A DNA stretch of 64,000 nt from Macrostomum hystrix. Its lineage: Eukaryota > Animalia > Platyhelminthes. Positions 47,804 through 59,300 of the stretch are shown here, in pieces (the first letter of the stretch is position 1; each line of letters starts with the position of its first letter). The stretch spans positions 3,472,001 to 3,536,000 of the forward strand of contig CATNEN010000002.1 of the NCBI GenBank assembly GCA_950097015.1, given 5' to 3'. The notes under the pieces were generated by a model. The model was not told the origin of the DNA, ran no database searches, and was given only the letters and a program-made list of their open reading frames with translations. Both the position numbers and the translations under genes were made by a program.

Positions 47804-48559
47804 AGTTAAATACGTCCCTGCTGAAAAGTTATAAAAAATCAACCAGCTAGAGGATTTCTAGTCGTCTCAGACAAATTTTCCCTCAACAAATGAGCTAAAA
47901 TCTTCACTACCTAGCTCGCACTCGCCAGAATCTTTTGATTCACGAAACACTGCTCAGATTCTGCTCAAGCAAAACCGCTACAATATCTTCTGCTACAAAA
48001 GTAGATTCGGGGGGGGAAGCTGTGTAATGACTGAAAGAAATGATCTGATCTGCAGTGTACTCAGCATGCTGTAACTCAATGCTTCTCACGACTGCATGGT
48101 GACAAAACATGACCTTGATTTTTACTTAAATAATCAAGGATTAAAGAATTAATCGACTAAAAATATTCAACATTTGAAATTCCACTATGATGAAATTTGA
48201 TCGCCTCAAACTTTTCATGCCACACCAAAGTTGAGAAGAGGACAGTTTACGAGTATCTTTGCGGGTTTCTAAAACTGTGCCCTTATACAAGACTTTGTGG
48301 GATCAGATGCTGAGATTAAGACTTTTGGGTGACATTTGGAAATAAACCTCACCTTGATAGCTTTCCACTTTTTGACCTGAGCAGCTAATGGCTAAGACTG
48401 AGGACCGATTCTAGGATTTTTCATCAGCACGATCTTTAATCCGATAATCACAGCATACTCCGATTCCCTTGTCGTGATTTTGCATTGCCCCAGATATTCC
48501 TGTAGCATAAAATTTAAGAAACTATTACAAGGTTTCTCGTGAAATGTTTAATTAGTATA

Positions 48560-49919
48560 CTACGGGTGTGTCATAAGTAATGTCACTGTGGTTGTTGTGC
48601 GGGAACCCAAAGCAATAATCATCCAAATATATTATATTCTGAAAGTACATTTATTGAGAAGTTGCCACCACACCTGAGCAGCAATTTTAATGTCTATGGC
48701 CAAAACTGTCGCAAGAATTTGTTAATCAGATTTAGCAAGCGCAACGCGATGAAATCTTCTTTTTGCAACGAGCAAAACTCAACATGAATCACGAGAAGAC
48801 GCACATCCAGTTCTACGCTTTCATTCGCTTCAAGCTTGGAAAATCTGCACTTGAAGTAGAGGAGGATCTCCGGAACACACTGCCAGACAACTGCCCAACT
48901 CGCAGGACAATTTACAGGTGGTTTCAGAACTTTACTGATCTTGGGTTCGAATTGGGAGATGCCGCCAGATCTGGACGACCATGTTCAACCAGGACAATAG
49001 AGAACATCGAAGTCATCAGCGACCTGGTCAAGGAAGACCCGCGGCAGTCTGTCAGGGAGCTAGCGGACTGCTTGGAGATTGATTTCAAGACAGTCCATCG
49101 CATCTTGACAGAGGATCTCCATCTCCGAAACGTCTGCTCGGTCTGGGTGCCCCATGACCTCACTGCGGACCAACGTCAGGCCCGTGTGAACTGCGACAAT
49201 CAGATCCGCAAGGTGTTCAGCAGCCGGGGCTTGGATGACATCCTAAACTGCCTGGTTGTTGAGGATGAGACCTGGCTCCACCTGGATGGCAAAAGCAGCA
49301 AGGCAGACAATCGCTGCTGGCTGGGAGCTGGGGACTCCAGGCTGACTGTGACCAGGAGGTCCATCTCAGACAAGAAGACCATGCTGCTGGTGGCATTCAC
49401 GCCAAACAAACGAGTCTCCATCTGTACAACTCCGCCAAACACCAAGGTCGATGGCCAGTACTTCATCGACTTTGTCCGACACACTGGGAACCTCTGGCGC
49501 ACGCTCCGGTCAAACCCGATTCACCTGAACGAAGTTCTGTGGCAGATGGACAACGCACGGCCCCACACCTGTCAGGCTGTTTCGGATTTTCTGGCTGGAC
49601 GGCGAGTAAATCTGCTCTGGCAGAGTCCCTACAGCCCAGACTTCAACTTGTGCGACAGGTTTCTCTTTAAATGGCTGAAGGCAGACTTTTCCCAGAGAAG
49701 TTTCGCAAACCATGATGAGGTCAAAGAAGCCGCGTTGCACTGGTTCCGACAGCTGGAGGAAAAGCACCTGCAGGCTGAGGTAGAGAAGCTGTACGAGCAC
49801 TGCCAGAGGGTGATTGATATTGGGGGACACTATGTTGTTGATTGATACAGTTTCGTTCATCTGCGATTGTTAGTTGGTCTGTTTTACCCTCAGTGACATT
49901 ACTTATGACACACCCGAAG
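48560..49919 (+). mobile_element. Full-length mariner (Tc1/mariner, DD34D) DNA transposon, 1360 bp
   Basis: 29-bp TIRs with one mismatch (CTACGGGTGTGTCATAAGTAATGTCACTG at 48560-48588; inverse at 49891-49919). TA duplication at 48558-48559 and 49920-49921. Confidence 0.95.
48784..49845 (+). CDS. Mariner transposase, intact, 353 aa
   Basis: N-terminal HTH region (TIYRWFQNF; RSGRP), WVPHDL linker motif, catalytic DETW, DNARPH and YSPDFNLCD with 34 residues between the second and third Asp. No stops or frameshifts. Confidence 0.95.
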   Translation: MNHEKTHIQFYAFIRFKLGKSALEVEEDLRNTLPDNCPTRRTIYRWFQNFTDLGFELGDAARSGRPCSTRTIENIEVISDLVKEDPRQSVRELADCLEIDFKTVHRILTEDLHLRNVCSVWVPHDLTADQRQARVNCDNQIRKVFSSRGLDDILNCLVVEDETWLHLDGKSSKADNRCWLGAGDSRLTVTRRSISDKKTMLLVAFTPNKRVSICTTPPNTKVDGQYFIDFVRHTGNLWRTLRSNPIHLNEVLWQMDNARPHTCQAVSDFLAGRRVNLLWQSPYSPDFNLCDRFLFKWLKADFSQRSFANHDEVKEAALHWFRQLEEKHLQAEVEKLYEHCQRVIDIGGHYVVD

Positions 49920-49954
49920 TACTTTGGAGTTGAGCTATATACCGTGAGGCGACA

Positions 49955-50150
49955 GTCGACCCGCAGCCAGCGAGGAGGCAACTCTATTCATTCCGCTGAC
50001 TCCTGAGCACACACTAACACAGGGTGTGTACACCTGACCCGACTTTCTCATGGTCAGGCGGTGTACACTCTCACTGTGCCTCGGGGGTTAGCCCTCAAGG
50101 TAGTTAATTGGGAGAAATTTTCTTACCTTCCATGACAAGCTCGCAGAGAA
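49955..50150 (-). mobile_element. SINE family B copy adjacent to mariner right TIR
   Basis: Shares GACCCGCAGCCAGCGAGGAGGCAA, GCTGACTCCTGAGCACAC and GTGTACACTCTCACTGTGCC with the other copies. Confidence 0.7.
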
Positions 50151-50871
50151 GCCACTGATTTGGCCTATTTGGTCTATTTGAAGATCCTCAGGTCTGCCAT
50201 GAGCAAACTGCGACTTTCATTTTTTCCTTAAAAAACTGCTCGCATGATTGGTCTGTCGAGTGGGCATTTGCTCTAGACAGACTGCTCAAACAGTCATCAA
50301 GGCTGCTGTCTCAAGTCCAGTAGAGGCTTATTGCTAGCTGTCTTAAAGTGCATGATAGAAATATAGGTTTCATAAAGACTGCACAGACTTCATTAAGCAC
50401 AATGTCGATTGCTGGCCGAACAGTTTTTGTATAGCGGTCGTAAAATCAAGATCGCATCAGCGTTCGCTGCTTTGATCATCAGAATGATCAGGTCAACAGG
50501 CCTAGCCAGCTGGCTAGATGTCAGAATTTGACAAAAAATATATAATTTTTCTCCTCAAAGCTTTGTCACGACTTTCGTCTGAAATTCTCCAATTAAAACT
50601 GGCGGGCGGTTCAGTAAAGCTCAAGGAATTAATGAATTGAACTTTCGAGTTGACTCACGGGCTTCTCTGTATAATTTGGTTAATCACCGGATTTTTCTAA
50701 ATTTTCGTCAAACTAGAAATATTTTGATGAGCGCCATTTCGGAGTTTTTTAAGCAAGAAAATTCCCTAAAGCTTTATTCATATGAAAAGTGGGTTTGTCA
50801 AAATTGAGGAATTCATGTAGAGAGAATAATCTCATTCATCATTGGAAGTACTTTATTGGCGACTTTAACTT

Positions 50872-50985
50872 TAGCCGTTAGAGCGACTAACTACTTCAAG
50901 GTCGGGGGTTCGATTCCCGATCTCATTGGAGAAACCTTTGCCCTTCAGCGCCCACTTAGTCCATCGACTAAACAGCCGTTCGCAA
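50872..50985 (+). mobile_element. SINE family A, internally deleted copy
   Basis: AAGGTCGGGGGTTCGATTCCCGA head identical to copy 1, joined to the 3' hairpin region TAGTCCATCGACTAAACAGC. Confidence 0.6.
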
Positions 50986-51538
50986 ATAACTTTATAATGA
51001 CATAAACTGATTAATTGATAACTCTGAGCATTTGCTTAACAATCTTGTCATTTGCTTAATATTTAATGCTAAAACTAGAGAAACGAAAGACAAAGACAAT
51101 GAACTTCAATATTGAACAGTCGACGAGAAAATGGTTTTCAATATTCATTGTCAATCACAGAGCCTGACGAATTAACTGCGTTCACTTCCGATTAATATAT
51201 TAATTGTGCAATTTAAACTTATAAAAATTAAAATTAAACCTATAAAAACATTAAGACGAGGCGAAACGAACAAAAACTAGGCAAATGGCACGAATTCGAA
51301 TGTGAATACAGGAAATGAAACGAAAAATTAAAACAAATACACACAAAAAGTATACTTACGAGCGTAAAATTAAAAATAAAATGGAAACGATTTCTGAACG
51401 GCTAGTAAGGGAAATTACTCAAATTATTTATATGAAATATATTAAGCGATAATTAACCAACCGGATAAGATGTGACCAATCAAATGATCAGATAAAGCCG
51501 GTCATTGAGTTGATTGTGCTGGTGGTCTGTGAAGGTGT

Positions 51539-52831
51539 TCAGGCCATTTGCACAACTGAGTCCGCGACGGCAGCTCTCGAATCAGGCGCCGTCGTCAGCG
51601 TCACCAGCGCTGTGCCATTGTGCCGCCAGCAGGCGGACTCCTCGACGTCGCATTCGCCGTTCATTCCGCAGCATTCTTGGTTGTCATCCTCCGGATTGTC
51701 TCCGTCTTCGTAGTTGTCATCGGCGTCCTCGTTGGCCCTGGCAGCGTGAAGTCCTGCCGGCCCGCTGGCAGGGCAGCAGCAACTGTAGACGGCCTGGACT
51801 CGCGGACCGCGGCAGCAGCAGCAGACTGCGGCCAGCATCCGCTCCCGGAACGACGGCATGATGATGCAGTACACCACGGGATTGGCGCACGAGTTGATGG
51901 TCACCAGGGCGACGCCGATGAGCTGAGTCGGTGAGTTGTACACATACTGAACCAGGTCCAGGTGGCCCAGCAGGTAGTAGATGCAGTCGTAGCTGAAGCA
52001 CACAATGAAGATCACCGTGATGATGACTGCCGACTTTGTTAACTCGGTGGCCGCTCGCTGCCTGAAGCGGCTGTTGTGCAGGCCGCGGTTGCCAAGGCGA
52101 TAGATGATGACGCTGTACAGGCAAACCATAGCCGTCACTGGTAGCAGGTAAACCACAATGAACCACAGAAATCCGTACACTTTGAAGACCTTCTTGAACA
52201 CCTGGTTAGTGATCTCGGTGCTGCAGAGGTTCGAGTCGCGATCGTAGTCCACGGAGAAGATGTCGATGATGTTGACGGCCAGGGAGTAGCAGTGAAGACC
52301 TGCCAGGTGAATGGCAGCGCTGCGGTAGCTCAAGGTCTTGTACTTGACCGGGCGGAATACGGCAAAGTAACGGTCGATGGCTATCAAGACAAGGTTCTGG
52401 ACGCTGGAGAACACAAAGTACCAGTACAGCAGCTGGCTGTTGATGGCGTGGCACAGGGCGAAGCCCAGACCGACGCTGGAGGTCGGGTTCTGGCTCGGCT
52501 TGACCAGCAGCACCAGGGTGAAGACGCACACCATGAAGTCCATGACAGTCTGGTGAAGGAACACGGCCGAGGCGAACTGCGACTGGTAGCGACGCCGGAG
52601 CAGCGTCAGGATGACCAGGAAGTTGCCGAGCATGCCGGCTGTTGTGAGACCACCCTGGACCCAGTGCAGACTGGCCACCCACCAGGAAGCCGGCTCGGAG
52701 CGGTTGCCAGGCAGACCGCTGAAGTTGCCAGGCGTGGCGTTGACCCCGGAAGTCGCCAGCAGACTGGCTAGGAAGTCGCTGCGATCTAGTTCCTGGGCGC
52801 TGACGGCGGCTGGGACTGTCGAAGACTGCAT
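51539..52831 (-). CDS. Intronless class A (rhodopsin-like) orphan GPCR, 430 aa
   Basis: Seven hydrophobic segments with GNFLVIL (TM1), D2.50, IAIDRY (TM3), YLLP (TM5) and NSCANPVVY (TM7). N-terminal N-glycosylation sequons and a Cys-rich tail. First in-frame ATG at 52831; the ORF track starts at a TTG. Confidence 0.9.
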   Translation of the reverse strand: MQSSTVPAAVSAQELDRSDFLASLLATSGVNATPGNFSGLPGNRSEPASWWVASLHWVQGGLTTAGMLGNFLVILTLLRRRYQSQFASAVFLHQTVMDFMVCVFTLVLLVKPSQNPTSSVGLGFALCHAINSQLLYWYFVFSSVQNLVLIAIDRYFAVFRPVKYKTLSYRSAAIHLAGLHCYSLAVNIIDIFSVDYDRDSNLCSTEITNQVFKKVFKVYGFLWFIVVYLLPVTAMVCLYSVIIYRLGNRGLHNSRFRQRAATELTKSAVIITVIFIVCFSYDCIYYLLGHLDLVQYVYNSPTQLIGVALVTINSCANPVVYCIIMPSFRERMLAAVCCCCRGPRVQAVYSCCCPASGPAGLHAARANEDADDNYEDGDNPEDDNQECCGMNGECDVEESACWRHNGTALVTLTTAPDSRAAVADSVVQMA

Positions 52832-53626
52832 TGACGAAGTTGCTGGAGATGAACTTGTGCTCAACTTGTGCCTGCACGGACTGCTGCAGGCTTTTTATAA
52901 GGCCAGCTGAGCGAGCTGAGTGAGAAGAGTGAGAACTATCTCGGGCTGAGCAGAGATTGGACAGCGAGGGAGAAGGGGAGTGGGCTGAGTCCTCGGTGAC
53001 GTCTCCTATAGAAATTTTATTTGACAGTGTTCGACATCTCAATATTCAGAAAATTTTTGTTCCATTTCAGCGGATTTCCCCAAAATCAGAGTCGCAGATC
53101 TGATCCCACGGTCCCTGCACTGTCGGGGCTGCATAGAGCAGATGAGCAGATAGCATTGTCCGCTTATCAGATCGGTACACATCCACTCCTACATAATGTC
53201 ATTGACTGAAGTTCACATTAATGACATGTCAAAATGACTGGCATTGTTATACAGAATTTTCACATCCAGTATTTTTCTCTATGGGGCCTATGAGTTAAGG
53301 CTAGATACTGTATAAAGCAGTTGGAAAGCGACAACTGGCGGCCAGTGTTCCAGTCCGTGACTATATTTGCTGACTTGCCGGCTGAAGAAGTGAGAATTCA
53401 GGGCACAAACTCTATTCTCTTGAAAAAGTGCATTCAAAGTGGGGTAGAGGAAGAGACAGAGAAGAGGAGAATTAAAGGTTTCTGAGGCTGCTAGAATAAA
53501 ATTTGTGTAATCGTTAAACAGAGACTTGCGAACTGAAACTAGAGAAACAACACAACTATTCACAGAAACGTGTCGCTTGGGCCCCCATACTTCCTGTGTT
53601 GATTCATTTGAATGTCTGAAAATACT

Positions 53627-53657
<31 letters not shown>

Positions 53658-53839
53658 GCACTAGTAGCTACACAAACACTGCAGGAACCATCAGCCTATA
53701 GAGCTGCAGTGAGACAAAATTTAACCGGAGCTCGGTAAACCTTATCAAACTGTACAAATTTATTTACTAAGGTGTACAGCTGATGAATAATTTTGATTGA
53801 ACGCGAAGGCATGAAGAACCTGAGGTATAGCAATGGTAG

Positions 53840-54190
53840 ATGAGAGATGAGGCACGGGAGAGATGAGACACAAGAGAGATGAGACATGGGAGAGATGAGA
53901 CGCGGGAGAGATGAGACACGGGAGAGATGAGACAGGGGAGAGATGAGACATGGGAGAGATGAGACGCGGGAGAGATGAGACACGGGAGAGATGAGACAGG
54001 GGAGAGATGAGACAGGGGAGAGATGAGACACGGGAGAGATGAGACGCGGGAGAGATGAGACACGGGAGAGATGAGACACGGGATAGATAAGACACGCGAG
54101 AGATGAGACGCGGGAGAGATGAGACACGCGAGAGATGAGACGCGGGATAGATAAGACACGCGAGAGATGAGACGCGGGAGAGATGTGAGA
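53840..54190. repeat. 16-bp repeat GGGAGAGATGAGACAC
   Basis: Directly visible. Confidence 0.92.
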
Positions 54191-54829
54191 CGGGCCGGAT
54201 TTTGCCAACTGAAACTGAAAAACAGTACACAGCCTTTAGGATTGCCGTGCACTAGCTGTGACTGTGGCATATGGCCCGACCAGGTAAAATTGAAATTCTG
54301 AGCTGCACTGGTCAGCCATCAAGCCAGCCAGACTGCATCTAAACAAACACGAAATGGCCTGCATATCTAGGGGAGACAGCCTGCTTGATAAATTAGCAGC
54401 TAGGGGGGTCAGCCTATTGATGATGATCCTGATGGCTTTGCCCGGCAGTTCAAACTGGGCTTGTCAACCCCAAGTCGCACAGCAACCGCTAACTACCGCA
54501 CTAGGCACACTGGATATGGTGGTATATTGGCACGCCTAATGAATCCAAATGTTAGATTGATTGCCTGGAACGGTCCAGGCCTTTTATTGAATGCTTTTTT
54601 ATCACTAAACGACGACTTTGAGGTGCCCTGATTTATGAGTACATTAATCAGACTAAAGCCTTACTACTGCTTAATAGTGCAGAGCAGTTGAAGTGAACTC
54701 CATGGTAAAGTTAATCTCCGATATCAAATTCAACGCTTTAGTAATTAAAGTGCAATATCATTTACAGGAGATCTGAGAACAACAGACAGTGCTTGGGGAT
54801 TGTGCAAGTGATGCTTTAGTATTATGTGT

Positions 54830-55340
54830 CAGTGATGCCTCAGGATTGTGTTAGTGATGCCTCAGGATTGTGTTAGTGATGCCTCAGGATTGTGTTAGTG
54901 ATGCCTCAGGATTGTGTTAGTGATGCCTCAGGATTGTGTTAGTGATGCCTCAGGATTGTGTTAGTGATGCCTCAGGATTGTGTTAGTGATGCCTCAGGAT
55001 TGTGTTAGTGATGCCTCAGGATTGTGTTAGTGATGCCTCAGGATTGTGTTAGTGATGCCTCCGGATTGTGTTAGTGATGCCTCCGGATTGTGTTAGTGAT
55101 GCCTCAGGATTGTGTTAGTGATGCCTCAGGATTGTGTTAGTGATGCCTCAGGATTGTGTTAGTGATGCCTCAGGATTGTGTTAGTGATGCCTCCGGATTG
55201 TGTTAGTGATGCCTCAGGATTGTGTTAGTGATGCCTCAGGATTGTGTTAGTGATGCCTCAGGATCACGTCAGTGATGCCTCAGGATTGTGTTAGTGATGC
55301 CTCCGGATTGTGTTAGTGATGCCTCCGGATTGTGTCAGTA
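54830..55340. repeat. 22-bp minisatellite GATGCCTCAGGATTGTGTTAGT
   Basis: Near-perfect tandem units. Confidence 0.95.
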
Positions 55341-55889
55341 ACGCCTGAGGATTATATCAGAGGGGATCAGGGAACTCAGTATAGAGAATTTGTCAACAGT
55401 CATAATCATTTAAGAGACATTCAAGAGGTGAAGATGATCCTCAGAAAGTTCGGTCACGTGCTAAGACACTCTGGCAATAAATCAAAAGACGTTGACATAT
55501 CGACTGATGAATAGGCGGTGCCTCAAACATCTGACAAAGGTTTAGAATGAACAAAGGAAGGATATCAGTTTGCAAGTAGACTTCAGACGTCAATTAAATA
55601 TACAAAGTTGCATTCCAGCTGCTTTGCTGTGTTCCAATTAGCTCCTAGTTCAAGAAAAATGCCATGGCCAAGGTTTCAAAATAGGACCTCAGTTTAAGTT
55701 ATAAAAAAATTCACGAGTCCTTTAATAACGGAGGACGTATATTTAAGCCATAATGACACAGCAATTAGATTTTTTCTACGCAAAATAAGATAAAAGTACA
55801 AATTATATTACACTGAATTAGAAGGGGTACTGACCGGTTTGAAGTCGGGAGTAATAAGTGGGGAAATGACGGATTATGAGTCATAGTAG

Positions 55890-56240
55890 AAAGCGCGGTA
55901 ATTACCAATCTAAAGTCAATGTGGAAAGCAGGGTAATGACCAATCTAAAGTCATTTTGGAAAGCGGGGTAATGACCAATCTAAAGTCATTTTGGAAAGCG
56001 GGGTAATGACCAATCTAATGTCATTTTGGAAAGCTTGGTAATGACCAATCTAAAGTCATTTTGGAAAGCGGGGTAATGACCAATCTAATGTCATTTTGGA
56101 AAGCGGGGTAATGACCAATCCGAAGTCATCATAGTGGAAAGCGGGGTAATGACTAATCTGAAGTCATTATAGAAATTGGGTTAATGACCAATCAGAAGTC
56201 ATTGTGGAAAGCGGGGTAATGACTAATCCGACAGCATTGT
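55890..56240. repeat. 35-bp repeat GGAAAGCGGGGTAATGACCAATCTAAAGTCATTTT downstream of ERCC8 stop
   Basis: Units at 35-bp spacing (55923, 55958). Confidence 0.88.
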
Positions 56241-56339
56241 GGAAGGTAGGGAATGACTGATTGAAAGTGACAAACAAGGCGGTGTAATGATTGGTTCCTG
56301 AGAACAATGAGCAACCGGGCCAGTGACGAAATCTCGCGC

Positions 56340-59300
56340 TCATGCCGCGGTGCTGTCTCCAGAGTCACTGTGCTCAGACCAATTATCCCAGTTGCCGGCA
56401 TTCCGAGCATAGAAACTGGGACCCGAGACCTTCCTATCCGACTCGGCTTCATCAACGGCTGTCATTAAGGAGGCCGGTCGCCATAGCAACAGATTGCGAT
56501 CCAGACCGATGGTGTAGAGCTCTTGTGACCAAGGATTCACAGCGCAAGCCGTCACCTGGTGGAGAGTAGGTTTTAGTCTAACTTTTAGTCACTGAATGTT
56601 CTCACCTAATGTCTTAAGTAAGCATGAATGAATAAGGCGAAATGACCAACCATTTTAGTCATTCAAATCAATTTCCTCCCATTAATGACCATTTTAAAGT
56701 GATCCAAACAATAAATGATCAATGACCGTATCAGTTTAGGGAATGACAGTTTGTGTCGAAGCCAACCAACTCAGAGTCACGCGCCAGACAGACTCAAAAT
56801 AGTTCCCAGAAAATTTTCACGAATAAAAAAGCAAGTCACAGCGCCATCTCAAATCACTTAAATAAAAACTTATCTAATGCAATTTTTTCAATAATTATTT
56901 ATCGCTAATCACGAACGGTGTCATTAAAATACAGTTTTCTAAATATATCCAGACCTTGGCATAACCTAGTCACGTGAGCTAAGGACAGATGAACTCACAA
57001 AGATTCTATAGCAAGTAGAGGGCAAAACCCCAAAAGAACTTCACATCCGAACAACTAGATACCTCAAAATCTCACCCTTCAACAAACAGGAGCTTCAAAA
57101 TCTCACCCTTCAACAAACAGGAGCTTCAAAATCTCACCCCTCGTCAAACAGGAGCTTCAAAATCTCACCCCTCGTCAAACAGGAGCTTCAAAACCTCACC
57201 CTTCAACAAACAGGAGCCTCAAAATCTCACCCCTCAACAAACAGGAGCTTCAAAATCTCACCCTTCAACAAACAGGAGCTTCAAAATCTCACCCTTCAAC
57301 AAACAGGAGCTTCAAAATCTCACCCTTCGTCAAACAGGAGCCTCAAGATCTCACCCTTCAACAAACAGGAGCTTCAAAATCTCACCCTTTAACAAACAGG
57401 AGCTTCAAAATCTCACCCCTCGTCAAACAGGAGCCTCAAGATCTCACCCTTCAACAAACAGGAGCTTCAAAATCTCACCCTTCAACAAACAGGAGCTTCA
57501 AAATCTCACCCCTCGTCAAACAGGAGCCTTAAAATCTCAGCCACAATGATATGAGCACAAATTGGAGAACATTATTAACAAAGAGTTCGTTGATTGCAGA
57601 GATAGCCTCAAACGACCGCTCAATGCTGGCAGATTCTATACAAAAAATGAAAAAATCGATTCTATACAATTTCTACGTGCGAATTTTTTTTAATCCGGCA
57701 ATTTTAAACACTAACAAAAAAGCCTGATTGCATTGAAATACCCACATAGGAACAGAACCTCGACTGCTCAATCTTATTTTAAAATGCTTTTAGATTTGAC
57801 CCTATTTGATGAAGGCTGATTTCAAGCTTTTGAATATTGTAAATCTCACTAACAGAGCTGAATTTAGAAAAAAATTCTATTTAAATGTCACACCTACACT
57901 TAAAATATAACCTCTGTACTGAAAATTCTTCTTCTTATACTAAATATCACACCATATACACAAAACCCTACTTCCTTAACTCAAAATCCTACTTTCTATA
58001 CTCAAAATCCTATTTTCTATACTCAAAATCCTACTTTCTATACTCAAAATCCTACTTTCTATACTCAAAATCCTACTTTTAATACTCAAAATCCTACTTC
58101 CTATACTTAAAATCCTACTTCCTATACTAAGAATCCTACTTCCTAAACTCAAAATCCTACTTTCTATACTCAAAATCCTACTTTCTATACTCAAAACCCT
58201 ACTTTCTATACTTAAAATCCTACTTTCTATACTAAGAATCCTACTTCCTATACTCAAAATCCTACTTTCTATACTCAAAATCCTGCTTTCTATACTCAAA
58301 ATCCTACTTTCTATACTAAGAATCCTACTTTCTATACTCAAAATCCTGCTTTCTATACTCAAAATCCTACTTTCTATACTAAGAATCCTACTTCCTATAC
58401 TCAAAATCCTACTTCCTATACTCAAAATCCTACTTTCTATACTCAAAATCCTGCTTTCTATATTCAAAATCCTACTTTCTATACTAAGAATCCTACTTTC
58501 TATACTCAAAATCCTGCTTTCTATACTCAAAATCCTACTTTCTATACTAAGAATCCTACTTTCTATACTCAAAATCCTACTTCCTATACTCAAAATCCTA
58601 CTTCCTATACTCAAAATCCTACTTTCTATACTCAAAATCCTACTTTCTATACTCAAAATCCTACTTCCTATACTCAAAATCCTACTTTCTATACTCAAAA
58701 TCCTACTTCCTATATTCAAAATCCTACTTCCTATACTTAAAATTCAACTTCCTATACTCTAAGCCAGCAAACTTCAGGTCGCTCACCTGATTATAGTGTC
58801 CAACAAGGCTGCCCAGCCGGTCGCCAGTCACCAGATCGGCCACCGCCACAGACGCATCGTCGGGCAGGAAGGCCAGCACCGGGCAGGTCGACGAGCTCAT
58901 CGCGGTCTGCAGTCTGCGTTGAGCCCGATTGCGAAACTGACCAAAGTTCGCAGACAGGCACCTGTAGCCCGCACCTTTGCGGCAGTTGGAGGATCCTAGG
59001 CCATCGGCCGCCCAGAGTCGAGCCCGACCATCGTCGCCCATAGACAACAGGTGCAGCCCGTCAGGACTGAACTCCAGGCTGGCTACGGGACCTGAGTGGG
59101 CCGTGGCCACTGCCAATTGGATTGAGAATCGTTGTTAATCATACTGGAGAGCACGGAGATTTCGTGATACGGAAAGAACTGAACTACCAGCAGCTTTGAC
59201 ATCGCATCCTGCAGGTGCAGATTCTGCAAGTGATAATCCTCACCCTCATAGATTCACACTCCCTGAAGTCACACCTCAATAGATCCACAATCACTGAAGT

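Noticed and set aside
46932-47850. PolyAla, polyCys and polyArg ORFs
   Set aside because: Frame products of CAG/CGG microsatellites flanking the LINE remnant; only the RNase H/CCHC frame is meaningful.
52206-53042. 278-aa ORF overlapping the GPCR in another frame
   Set aside because: Typical shadow ORF of a GC-rich CDS; no domain features.
57976-58719. 247-aa SRILSIE ORF (and similar RILISYI, MTNQILVA, ILFSDSSV, LRGWGFTS ORFs)
   Set aside because: Translations of 21-24-bp intronic minisatellites whose unit length is a multiple of 3.
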